64,000 bases of DNA from a virus: positions 11,936 through 75,935 of the IMG/VR virus record IMGVR_UViG_3300008517_000034; one strand, written 5' to 3'. A program made the translations under genes and the position numbers. Below the pieces are notes generated by a model, which searched no databases, had not been told where the DNA came from, and was given only the letters and a program-made list of their open reading frames with translations. Positions within the stretch are counted from its first letter, which is position 1, and every line of letters begins with the position of its first letter. Of this stretch, positions 19,483 to 28,494 are shown one piece after another.

Positions 19483-20361
19483 TTATTCTTCTGTTACTAT
19501 TTCAAAGTCGAAAGAAGGCCACGGTTTATCACTTTTCTTGACGTCTCCATCGTCTTCATCCTGACCCTCTATCTGTTTCTTAGTTCCCTTGGCTTTTTCC
19601 AAAGTCTCCAGCCTCTTAGTTAGTTCAGATATGCTCTTATCCTTTCCTTCCAAATCCTTTCCCAGTTTTTCTATGGTCTCGGTGGCATCTTTTATAGCGC
19701 TATCAAACTTTTCATCTCGTTCTTTTTCCTTATCGGCTCTTTCTTTTTCCTCATCAGTCTTCTTAAGAGCTTTCCTCTCTTCTTCAGAAAGAAGATCAGA
19801 AAGGATAGAAATAGCCTTTTTGGTCTCATCTCCCTTAGAAAAAACGTCATTAAGTATTTTGATAGCCTTTTTAATCGCCTCCAGAGTGTCCTTAGAAATC
19901 TTCTTTCCCGCCTTTTCCATTGCTTCTTGGACAGCCTTATCGAAATCTTCTTCGCTCTTTTTAGCAGGGTAGGGATAGGGGTAGGGTTTAGCAGCATATT
20001 TAGCCAGTAATGCCACGGCATCCTGTAAATCTTTTGAGAAATCACCTTTGTATTTATTTAAAATATTCAGTGCACCTTTGATGGCATTAATGGCCTCGGG
20101 AGTAAGCTTCTTCAAAAGCTCAATCTGCTCCTCAGCAAAATTCTCTTGGTCATTGGTTAAACTTTTATAAATTTCTATCAGTTCGTTCATCTCGAGTTTT
20201 CCCTCCTTAATTAAATTTTCGATATCAGAATTATCCTGATCCTTATCAGAGGTCTTCTGCATATCTTTGTCTTTTTTAATAATTAGAAATTTTCGTTTTA
20301 TCGCCGGAATATCAACCAGACTAATTTCGTCCACATCGATATCTATAAGTTGCCTCGGCAT
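19483..20361 (-). CDS. Scaffold protein with N-terminal protease-derived segment
   Basis: Starts MPRQLIDIDVDEISLVDIPA, then K/E-rich coiled coil ending KKSDKPWPSF. Confidence 0.75.
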   Translation of the reverse strand: MPRQLIDIDVDEISLVDIPAIKRKFLIIKKDKDMQKTSDKDQDNSDIENLIKEGKLEMNELIEIYKSLTNDQENFAEEQIELLKKLTPEAINAIKGALNILNKYKGDFSKDLQDAVALLAKYAAKPYPYPYPAKKSEEDFDKAVQEAMEKAGKKISKDTLEAIKKAIKILNDVFSKGDETKKAISILSDLLSEEERKALKKTDEEKERADKEKERDEKFDSAIKDATETIEKLGKDLEGKDKSISELTKRLETLEKAKGTKKQIEGQDEDDGDVKKSDKPWPSFDFEIVTEE

Positions 20362-20399
20362 CTAAATCACCTTCCTATTGACTAGGTGTCCGCAAAAAC

Positions 20400-20459
20400 A
20401 AAAAAAAAGCGGACGCCCAAGCCAAAATATTTTTCAATTTATCAGCTTAAGCGTCCGCT
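20400..20459 (-). terminator. Intrinsic terminator 2 in scaffold/capsid leader
   Basis: AGCGGACGCUUAAGC / GCUUGGGCGUCCGCU stem followed by a U run. Confidence 0.7.
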
Positions 20460-20507
20460 AAACGAACCTTAACTTACTAAACTTGCTTAAATATTAGATT
20501 TTAAAAT

Positions 20508-20559
20508 AAAAAAAGGCACTTCAAACTTTCTAATAATTTTAGAAAAGCTTAAAGCGCCT
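20508..20559 (-). terminator. Intrinsic terminator 1 in scaffold/capsid leader
   Basis: AGGCGCUUUAAGCUUUUCUAA / UUAGAAAGUUUGAAGUGCCU stem followed by a U run. Confidence 0.7.
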
Positions 20560-20616
20560 CGCTTTAACTTCTGAACATTATCTGATTTCACAAGCCGTAT
20601 TTTATTTTCCGTAATT

Positions 20617-20645
20617 ATAATACTAAATTATCTTTATTTTGTCAA
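20617..20645 (-). promoter_or_regulatory. Sigma70-type promoter
   Basis: TTGACA-N17-TATTAT in intergenic DNA. Confidence 0.75.
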
Positions 20646-20657
20646 ATAGTTTTGTAA

Positions 20658-21764
20658 TTAAGAGGGGGAGCTCGCCCTCCCGGCGATGCTGAAACCGGTT
20701 AGCTCTCCTTTTAACACCCTTTCCCAAATATCTTTATTTTCCTTATCTCCTAGATAGACAGCAATCCACCAATCTCCTTTTTCCAAAAGATTATTGGGAG
20801 ACGTGCCACCTTTATGATGCTGTTCCTCTACAAAATAATTCTCTATAATTGGGATTTCTCTTTCTTTACCCTCGTGCATCACTTTAAGTTTCTTTTTTTT
20901 GAGCATAAAACGCTTTAGAGCCTTCCAGACTTCCGGAGGCGTGGTCCAATCCGCCTGCGAATCCGTTTTATAACTAAAATAGACTACTCCGCCGACTATA
21001 TGCTCTACTTTATCGATCTTCTTAAAAGTGAATTTAGCTATTTCTTGCCCATCCTTAATTATCTTTTTTCGCCTCTCATCCCATTCTTTAACTTCTTTCT
21101 CTGCCGGCGGTTTAGACTTCATATACTTTCTGGCCTCCCGGTAGCATCCCCAGTAGCTGGTCTTGTATCCTTTATCCCCGATTTTGGGAGATATCACAGG
21201 AAAATAGACTGAGCGAAGGGCGTCAACTATTGCTGCATAGTATTTTAGGGCATCCTCTAATTTCCACTCTCCCCATTTCTTATCCTCTTTAAGTTTGGGA
21301 TACCCTGAGTTCCCGATGTATCTTAAGTCGGCAAATAATTCCTTGTGTCTTACTGTAGGATTTTTAAGATCATCGTCTATTCCTTCGGCTTTAAACTGTT
21401 CAAGGTCAAGCTTTCCAAACTCCTCTTTAATAAAATTTTTAATCTTCCCGGCTAGACTATTCCACCATTCTTCCCAGTCCTTATCCCCTAATTTTATTTT
21501 GCCTGCTACTACTATTCTTAATCTACCTTCCCGGCCAGTATCATATTTAGAATACAATCCTTCCATTTCGTTTAACTTATTACTTATAGCCTGAACTTTG
21601 CAATCGTCTTTCGGATCTTTCATTCTAAATACTACAAAGGCAACTCTCTCGGCAGAATGTCCGATATCAGTAGCTCTTATTTCTATTTCTGGTATACTGT
21701 TTAAATCTTCTAGCCAAGTGTCTTTAAATTCTTTATCTATTTCGATACAATTTATTTTAGGCAT
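20658..21764 (-). CDS. Multidomain protein ending in an XkdF-like prohead protease
   Basis: C-terminal IVGGVVY...DSQAD...MH...IIENY...KGDW...GELTGFSIAG. Confidence 0.8.
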   Translation of the reverse strand: MPKINCIEIDKEFKDTWLEDLNSIPEIEIRATDIGHSAERVAFVVFRMKDPKDDCKVQAISNKLNEMEGLYSKYDTGREGRLRIVVAGKIKLGDKDWEEWWNSLAGKIKNFIKEEFGKLDLEQFKAEGIDDDLKNPTVRHKELFADLRYIGNSGYPKLKEDKKWGEWKLEDALKYYAAIVDALRSVYFPVISPKIGDKGYKTSYWGCYREARKYMKSKPPAEKEVKEWDERRKKIIKDGQEIAKFTFKKIDKVEHIVGGVVYFSYKTDSQADWTTPPEVWKALKRFMLKKKKLKVMHEGKEREIPIIENYFVEEQHHKGGTSPNNLLEKGDWWIAVYLGDKENKDIWERVLKGELTGFSIAGRASSPS

Positions 21765-22509
21765 AATGAAATTCCTTTAGCTTAGATTCGAGACTATTCA
21801 AATTTATTAATTCTGATTCCCAAATAATTAAAGTATCAAATCCATACCTTTTAAAATATTCGATACGTTCTTTCGAAGTTTGTATTTTAGGAAAATATTT
21901 ATGGTTATGCCAATAGCCTCCAAATAATTCAATCAACTTTTTTTTACCATTAATATTCATAAAATCTGGGGATCTGCCTCCTAATACAAATGAGAAATCA
22001 CCTACAAATTTATATTCATTTGGAAATAATCTATGAAGAATCCTATCTAGTGTTTGTTCTTGGTTATTGGGACGCTTTTTTAAACCCTTTTGCAATTTTT
22101 TAATATAATCGGAATCAAGATACTTTTCCTTCATTAACTCAGAGAAGCCTATGCCTCGACATTGATTTGAACAATATTTATGAGTATTTTTATTAAATTG
22201 TGGAGTCATAAATTCTTTACCACATATTTCATAAGTCCTCTTTATTCTATTATAAGTACAATTTAAATGAGTTCGTTTTACCCATTTTCCTTTACATTTT
22301 TTAGAACAAAAGAGTCTTTCTCTTCTCTTTGCCTCACTAGGATAAATTTTATATTCTTTCCCACATTCCAAACAAATTTTTTTAATTTTTTGCTTTTCTT
22401 GGGCTTTATTTTTACATTTTTTGGAGCAATATTTGCCTCTATTATTTTGCAATTTATAAGGATAAATTTGAAAAGCTTTCCCACAGAATTGACATTTAAC
22501 AGTGACCAT
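21757..22509 (-). CDS. Zn-finger repeat + Vsr/DUF559-like endonuclease (putative homing endonuclease)
   Basis: Three CxxCGKxF...CSxxC repeats (one C>Y); PDF...IELFGGYWH...IIWE. Confidence 0.8.
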   Translation of the reverse strand: MVTVKCQFCGKAFQIYPYKLQNNRGKYCSKKCKNKAQEKQKIKKICLECGKEYKIYPSEAKRRERLFCSKKCKGKWVKRTHLNCTYNRIKRTYEICGKEFMTPQFNKNTHKYCSNQCRGIGFSELMKEKYLDSDYIKKLQKGLKKRPNNQEQTLDRILHRLFPNEYKFVGDFSFVLGGRSPDFMNINGKKKLIELFGGYWHNHKYFPKIQTSKERIEYFKRYGFDTLIIWESELINLNSLESKLKEFHYA

Positions 22510-24313
22510 GTTTTTTGACCGTTATGGCCCTCCCATTTATTATATTATAGCACCAAATCCTTTTGGGTGAATCGGTTCTACCGCTTAAAAATTCTTTTGG
22601 CATTTCTCCATATACACTCAAGTAGGCGAAAGTAGGGCTGTTCACCCATTCTTTATAGAATTCTACTTTTAATTCAGCCCAGATATTTGGATTCCTGTTA
22701 TCCCCAAATTTCTTGGCTGCTATTCCATCTTTTACTTCTTTAACAGAAATTATTTCACCTTTACCATCACCACTTGTAGCCCATTCTTCAAAATGCTCTT
22801 TACAAAACCAAGCATGACCTATTCCCTCAGCCCATATACACTCATAAACAGGAGGATTATTACATTCCATACACTTTTCTCTACTATGTTTAGATTTTTT
22901 AATCTGGATATTTTTCTCCCGGGCAAATTCTTTTGCCAGTCTTAAAATCTCAGATGCAGCAATATCCTCTAATTCTCCAGAGTCCCGGTCCGCTTTATTA
23001 TGCACGATCACATACTCTCTAAATTCCTCTATATTAAATTTAGGATGTTCCTTAACAAATTTAGAGAAGTGCCCACTCCCAAAATCACAAAATTCCTCAT
23101 AGCCTTCTTCTTTATAAAACTCTTCGGCAAACTCCGGTTCGTTCATCTCTCTAATCTCCTGTGGCTGATGGGGCACTAAAACTAAATTCCAGCCGGTCTG
23201 GTATCTCCAGTTGGGCCCGAAAGTCGATCCCAGCCATTCTGGAGTTAACCATTTTCCGGACATCTTTCCCACTCTCTGCTCCAAGATTCTATCTATCTTT
23301 AGTCTTAAAGATTTATCTAGAGCTATCGTAAATCTACCGTCTTCTTCTTTTGCTCTGACTATGATATCGATATCATTAGGCTTCCGATTGCCCTCCCTCT
23401 CGTAAAAGAGAGACCCGGCAATGTTTATAAACTCAGGGATCCACACGAAGGAAGGAAGTTCTTCAATTAAAACTTCATCGCTTTTTGATAAATAGATGTT
23501 TTCTTTCTTGAGTGGGAAATTAGAAATAAGGAGTTCTCTCCTGAATTCTTGTGTCCCTTCGGTATTAGAAAAGCTTTGTAATACCTTAACTTTTTTTAGA
23601 TGAAAATCTTTAAATGCTTTATTAATTGCTTTAACATCATTAAGAGAAAGTATAAATTTCCCTTTTATTTTTTTACAAAAATCATGAAGTTCTATTAAAC
23701 TAATATTACCACCAATTGTTTTATTCTCAGTATCAGGATAGGGTGGGTCCAGATAATAAAAGGTTTCTTTAGAATCATAATTAATACTTTCTTTATAATC
23801 GTTATTCTTTATCTTTACATTTTTTAATCTTTCTTTTATGTTGGGGAGTGCAGAAGTACAGTCAGCTTCTTGACCTTCAAAGGAACTAACATAATTTTTA
23901 AATCTTGAAAATCTCATCATATATGAGAATCTATAAAATCGTTCTAAATTATTTTCGGGTTTATTTTTTTTAAGGTTCTCAAAATGACTTTTGCTCCCTA
24001 CCCAATTTTTCTTTTTTAGCTTTTTCAAATCCTCATCACTAATTTTTTTTATAAACCTATAAGCAAAAGCGATCTCTTTATCCAAATCATTTATCACTTC
24101 AACCTCACTTGGTTCTTTGGCAAAAAATACTGCACCACCTCCCATAAAATTCTCTACATAAGTCTTATGTTCTGGGATATAACTGACAATAGTTTTAGCT
24201 AGATATCTTTTACCACCAGGAGAGCCAAAGCCGGGTCTGATTCCTTTTTCTAAATCTTCAGAATATTCTTCTTCTCCTTGTTTTGTTAATTCTTTTATTT
24301 CTTCTAGTTCCAT
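22496..24313 (-). CDS. Dam/D12-class DNA adenine methyltransferase fused to NTase-like and Cys/His domains
   Basis: PGGKR, ENFMGGGAVFF, EVINDLD, YLDPPY; then GS...NDIDIIVR; then CMEC...HAWFCKEH. Confidence 0.85.
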   Translation of the reverse strand: MELEEIKELTKQGEEEYSEDLEKGIRPGFGSPGGKRYLAKTIVSYIPEHKTYVENFMGGGAVFFAKEPSEVEVINDLDKEIAFAYRFIKKISDEDLKKLKKKNWVGSKSHFENLKKNKPENNLERFYRFSYMMRFSRFKNYVSSFEGQEADCTSALPNIKERLKNVKIKNNDYKESINYDSKETFYYLDPPYPDTENKTIGGNISLIELHDFCKKIKGKFILSLNDVKAINKAFKDFHLKKVKVLQSFSNTEGTQEFRRELLISNFPLKKENIYLSKSDEVLIEELPSFVWIPEFINIAGSLFYEREGNRKPNDIDIIVRAKEEDGRFTIALDKSLRLKIDRILEQRVGKMSGKWLTPEWLGSTFGPNWRYQTGWNLVLVPHQPQEIREMNEPEFAEEFYKEEGYEEFCDFGSGHFSKFVKEHPKFNIEEFREYVIVHNKADRDSGELEDIAASEILRLAKEFAREKNIQIKKSKHSREKCMECNNPPVYECIWAEGIGHAWFCKEHFEEWATSGDGKGEIISVKEVKDGIAAKKFGDNRNPNIWAELKVEFYKEWVNSPTFAYLSVYGEMPKEFLSGRTDSPKRIWCYNIINGRAITVKKHGHC

Positions 24314-24330
24314 TTAAATCACCTCTTAAA

Positions 24331-25065
24331 TTATGATTCTAGATATTGGAGTTCCCCAGTATAAGAAAGGAACTTAATTTGAAGAGGAGAAAATCCATTT
24401 TCATTTTCTCTTCTGAAATGTTTTAATTCTTCCTCTGCCTTCATATGAGAAGATCGTGTAAGAGTAATAAGATAAGAATCAAGATTTTTTCGAATTTTAT
24501 ACCAAGGAATAATATGATGATTGCATAAATTATCTATTTTCCTAGTTAAAAAACATTTATATCCATCTCTTTCTAAAATTCTTTTTCTGGCTTCTTCCCA
24601 TTCTCTAGTATGACGAAAATCATAACCTGTCCACCGACAATGATTTTTTCCTCTATTAAATTCATGATAACATTTTAACGAACAAAATTGCTTGTTATAA
24701 TATTTTATCCTGCTCTTTCTTCGTTCAATTTTTTTTCCGCAATTAAAACAAATGACTTTAATCCAATTATTTTTCTGCTTAGACTGGTAATAACATCTAA
24801 ATGAACAAAACTCTGCCGTTCCTTTCCTGCAAGGGGAGACATAAAACTTCTTTCCACAAGTAAGACATCTTTTGGGTATTTTTTTAGATATAGCTCTTAT
24901 TATCTTTTTATAATGGACTTCCTTCCTAACTTTAAGTCCGAGAGAGCAAGCCTTTCCGTAGATAGAACTTCTAGTATATTTCTTCAATAGAGGCTTAATT
25001 TCTGGACCTTTATCGCTGTATTCTCTTCTTAATAAATTTTCATCTTCTTCCGGCCATCTCCTCAT
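24331..25065 (-). CDS. Zn-finger + degenerate HNH endonuclease
   Basis: CxxCGK/FCSxxC repeats; ILERDGYKC...HHIIP...LITL..SH with Zn ligands and the conserved Asn replaced. Confidence 0.75.
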   Translation of the reverse strand: MRRWPEEDENLLRREYSDKGPEIKPLLKKYTRSSIYGKACSLGLKVRKEVHYKKIIRAISKKIPKRCLTCGKKFYVSPCRKGTAEFCSFRCYYQSKQKNNWIKVICFNCGKKIERRKSRIKYYNKQFCSLKCYHEFNRGKNHCRWTGYDFRHTREWEEARKRILERDGYKCFLTRKIDNLCNHHIIPWYKIRKNLDSYLITLTRSSHMKAEEELKHFRRENENGFSPLQIKFLSYTGELQYLES

Positions 25066-28000
25066 TTATATGCCTCTCTTCCAAATTGTTTAACTTCATT
25101 TGCGGGAACTGGGTAATAACTACCTTTCTGTGCTTTATGTTCAATTGGGTCCATAGGTAAAGGATTATCACTGCATTTCCAGAACCACCATCTATTATTC
25201 TTTCCCGCCTTAAAACACCTAATAATGTATCTCCCGTTTAATATTTCTTTATCTTTACATCTATCAGGATAAAAAAAGTATTCGTGTACGTCTTCTCTTT
25301 GTACACCAGCTTTTACCTTTCCAAGATAGACAGCTTGCATGAAGGCATCTTTATAAGCAGTTGCCCCTACTTCTCCAGCTTTTATGATATATGATTTATC
25401 AAGAAGTGCGAGATCGGCTACTATTTTTGCTCCTTTAGCATTTAGTAATGCCTCTTTTACTTCCGATTTTTTCAATTCTCTAGTAGGTTCCTCTGCACTA
25501 GGTTTAACAATACAGAGTCCTTTATCTACATTACCAGTTTTTGGATCTCTTTTTCCCTTTAAGGCATTCAAATAAGCATCGATTGAATCTTCAGTTAGGA
25601 CCCATTGAATAAGTTTATTCTTAAATTTCATTCTGATATCACAATGCATACTATGATCCTCTAATAGTTTAGCAAGAGATATTTTTTTCTGTTTCCATTG
25701 TTTAGTCTCATTCGGTTCTAATCCTCTAAAGTGGAATTGAGCCCACATCATTCCCTCATCATAATCCGGATAAAATTCTTTAGGTAGTGGTTCATTTTCC
25801 TTGGCGTATATCTTATATATTTCTTTGGGAATCTTCCCTCCCTCTATGCTTATCTTAATATCATCTTTAATTCCCTTTTCCACTAGGGCCTCTCTCCGTG
25901 GAGTGAACTCAGAAAGCCTCTCCAATACAAACATTTTGTCCGGTACATTCTTTTCCGGAACCGGTTGTAATACTACACTCACATAAGCTTTATAATAGGG
26001 GTATTTAGGATCTTCAGTCTCGTAGCTATTGACATCTTCGCTGGCTACTCTTAGTATCGAACCTATCACTACATCCTGTTTCGTATTATCCGACTTCCCT
26101 ATATGGTTATAAAACTTCTCCCTAAATTCTATTACTGCCTTCTTATCTTTTCTGCTTATGGCCTCTGCCCACTCTTTATCAATGGGTCCCACAGCTAATT
26201 CGTAATTCCAATTCCCGGTCTTCTTTCCTTCTCTGATAATTTCCTTTTCCCCCACTACCAGGCAATCAATCTCGTACTTCTCCTTCCATTTGCAAGCACC
26301 ATGGTCTTGAGGCATTTCGTAGGGGGTGTTGAGTAATTTAATCATTACTCCCTCGGCAATATGTTTGGGATAAGGACCACCTCTATGGGCATAGCCCATC
26401 ATCTTATCTTTAACCTTTTCAACTTGCTTAAGATCCTCTAAATCCACAATATAAGATAAGGCTTCTTTCTGTAAATTAGTTGAACTTCTAACAAAATGAA
26501 CGTGCTCAGAATCTTTGAATTTGCTGAGCAGTTCCTTACGCTCTTTTAGAGGCCAATCTTTGATATTTTTCCCATCATATTCCACAATATCAAAAATGTA
26601 AATATGAGCTTTCTTACTAGCCTCGGTGGGGTCGAACTTCCCGTTTAAAAGTGCATTAGTGACTACCCTGTGTAAGCATTCATTCTTTTCCTTATCAATC
26701 ATTATTATTTCAGAATCCCCCACAAAATCTTCCTTCATCTTCTTAAGCTCTTCTACCTGCCAGGGTAGTCTCTCGGTCTTGATGGGAGAGCCTTTAATAT
26801 CCTCTGGATCACTCATTATAATTACATCTTTGCCCTTCTTTACAATTTTCGTCCTCATTCCATCAAACTTGGCTTCGACAATTGCTTTTCCTTTCTGAAA
26901 ATGGGGAGTATTTTTAAGGTCCTCAAAGGTAAATATTCGATAGGCCGGTTTATTTAAGCCCCATTTTTCTCTCTTCTCAAAATCCTTCTCTTCTAAGATA
27001 TCACCATCATATAAGATCTTACCATTCCATATCTTAAGCCCGGCATTAACCTTCTCTTTATGCTTTAAAATATCCTTTCTTAAATTAGTGAGATATATTA
27101 CCTTCGGTTTCAATTCCTCTGCTAATTGCAGGAGAGAGAGAAAAGAAAGTTTCCCTCTTTCTCTGTCATCCTTTTCATAATCTCCTACTCCACAAATCCA
27201 GATAGTCCCTTGTATCAGGTCTTTCTGTGCCTTCCCTAATTCTAAGAACTCGGGCAAGATCGATATCTTCTTTTTTCCTACATCTAATCTCAAACCTATA
27301 GAAGGTGTCCCGACTGCCGGGGTAGTCTTGATCGGTATAATCCCCAAGCCATCAATCTTTAGTGGTTTTAAGAATAGATGCGTATCTTCCCTCTTGGGTA
27401 GCCGGTCAAATATTGCTCCTACAGTATAGACCGGGATATCCTTATATTCATTAAGATATTCCCAGTGGTCCTTATCGGCTTGAGTTATAATTATAAAGTC
27501 TAAATCCTCTTTTACCTCTTTCTGGTGTACTGCTGGGTCGATAAGAATCCTTTTATCTTTGTGACGTATAAGCAGAGAGAAGTGTTTGCCCTGTGGGGAA
27601 TTAAGCTGGGCCATGGTGCCGAGGACCTGGATAAAACCGGTCTTCGGTATATCATCTTTCTTTCTTACTATCTCAATCTTCTCCTTAGGCCTTAGCACTT
27701 TTTCAAATAGTGGGATGCATGAATCCCATTCAGTCAGATCATAAATAAAATTCAGCTTCTTATTTATCTGTTTCTCGAAAAGTTTAGTAATTGCTGATTC
27801 TAACTTTGGATTCTGCTCATCCCTAATAAGTATATTTATATCCGGTTGGTCTCTTAGGGATTTCTTCGAATCTCTTACAATACTAATATATTCAGGATCG
27901 AGCATTATCGAACCTAAACTGGACATATCTATTCCCAATTCTTCTTTCTTAAACACTATATCGTCTATGCTGGTCTCAACATGATTTATTTTTCTCTTAT

Positions 28001-28187
28001 GCATCTCCCTGACCAGCAATTGATACTTCCCGAGAAAATCACCTCTTTTGACATCTAATTTAGGTTTCGGTTTCTCAAAATATTTTTCCCATAGCTGTGA
28101 AAAGCGTAGGTCCAGAGAATACAGTTCTATATTAGGTGCTTTCCTCAGGTTTAATTTTGTCATCTCTTCTATTCTCAATATTTTCAC
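25062..28187 (-). CDS. Multidomain protein: NTase-like + MBL-fold + ATP-dependent DNA ligase + LigD 3'-phosphoesterase-like
   Basis: IQVLGT...ILIDP...ITQADKDH (MBL); EAKFDGMR, DSE, IFDIV, EGVMIK, KWK (ligase I, III, IIIa, IV, V); QFHFRG...HCDIR (PE-like). Confidence 0.85.
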   Translation of the reverse strand: MKILRIEEMTKLNLRKAPNIELYSLDLRFSQLWEKYFEKPKPKLDVKRGDFLGKYQLLVREMHKRKINHVETSIDDIVFKKEELGIDMSSLGSIMLDPEYISIVRDSKKSLRDQPDINILIRDEQNPKLESAITKLFEKQINKKLNFIYDLTEWDSCIPLFEKVLRPKEKIEIVRKKDDIPKTGFIQVLGTMAQLNSPQGKHFSLLIRHKDKRILIDPAVHQKEVKEDLDFIIITQADKDHWEYLNEYKDIPVYTVGAIFDRLPKREDTHLFLKPLKIDGLGIIPIKTTPAVGTPSIGLRLDVGKKKISILPEFLELGKAQKDLIQGTIWICGVGDYEKDDRERGKLSFLSLLQLAEELKPKVIYLTNLRKDILKHKEKVNAGLKIWNGKILYDGDILEEKDFEKREKWGLNKPAYRIFTFEDLKNTPHFQKGKAIVEAKFDGMRTKIVKKGKDVIIMSDPEDIKGSPIKTERLPWQVEELKKMKEDFVGDSEIIMIDKEKNECLHRVVTNALLNGKFDPTEASKKAHIYIFDIVEYDGKNIKDWPLKERKELLSKFKDSEHVHFVRSSTNLQKEALSYIVDLEDLKQVEKVKDKMMGYAHRGGPYPKHIAEGVMIKLLNTPYEMPQDHGACKWKEKYEIDCLVVGEKEIIREGKKTGNWNYELAVGPIDKEWAEAISRKDKKAVIEFREKFYNHIGKSDNTKQDVVIGSILRVASEDVNSYETEDPKYPYYKAYVSVVLQPVPEKNVPDKMFVLERLSEFTPRREALVEKGIKDDIKISIEGGKIPKEIYKIYAKENEPLPKEFYPDYDEGMMWAQFHFRGLEPNETKQWKQKKISLAKLLEDHSMHCDIRMKFKNKLIQWVLTEDSIDAYLNALKGKRDPKTGNVDKGLCIVKPSAEEPTRELKKSEVKEALLNAKGAKIVADLALLDKSYIIKAGEVGATAYKDAFMQAVYLGKVKAGVQREDVHEYFFYPDRCKDKEILNGRYIIRCFKAGKNNRWWFWKCSDNPLPMDPIEHKAQKGSYYPVPANEVKQFGREAYK

Positions 28188-28204
28188 CTACTTATTTTTA
28201 ATAT

Positions 28205-28224
28205 ATTATACCAAATCTGGTATA
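28205..28224 (-). promoter_or_regulatory. Extended -10 promoter with overlapping palindrome
   Basis: TGgTATAAT upstream of the ligase gene; inverted repeat TATACCA-AATC-TGGTATA at 28207-28224. Confidence 0.5.
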
Positions 28225-28263
28225 CTAGTTAGCTTTTAATATTAATACATTTTAATTTGTTAT

Positions 28264-28494
28264 TCAATAAATTCTACCCTTTATGAATTTAGGCCTATCG
28301 GTTATCTTTATTATATATCCGCCGAGTTCCTTAACTGTTTCTTTGGCAACTGCTAGATCTGGGAAAGGAGAATAGTCCGTAAGAATGTCTCTAGAAAATA
28401 CCGATAGCATATCTTTCAAAAATTTATCTTTACATTCCCACTTATTGTCTTTTATACTGGCCTGAACTCCTTCTATCTCCACAGTCACAGCCAT
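28264..28494 (-). CDS. Small protein coupled to MuF (candidate immunity protein)
   Basis: TAATG overlap with the MuF stop codon. Confidence 0.5.
   Translation of the reverse strand: MAVTVEIEGVQASIKDNKWECKDKFLKDMLSVFSRDILTDYSPFPDLAVAKETVKELGGYIIKITDRPKFIKGRIY

Noticed and set aside
21757-25065. Group I/II introns or inteins around the two endonucleases
   Set aside because: Both ORFs abut or overlap their neighbours, leaving no room for a ribozyme core; no intein splice motifs seen.
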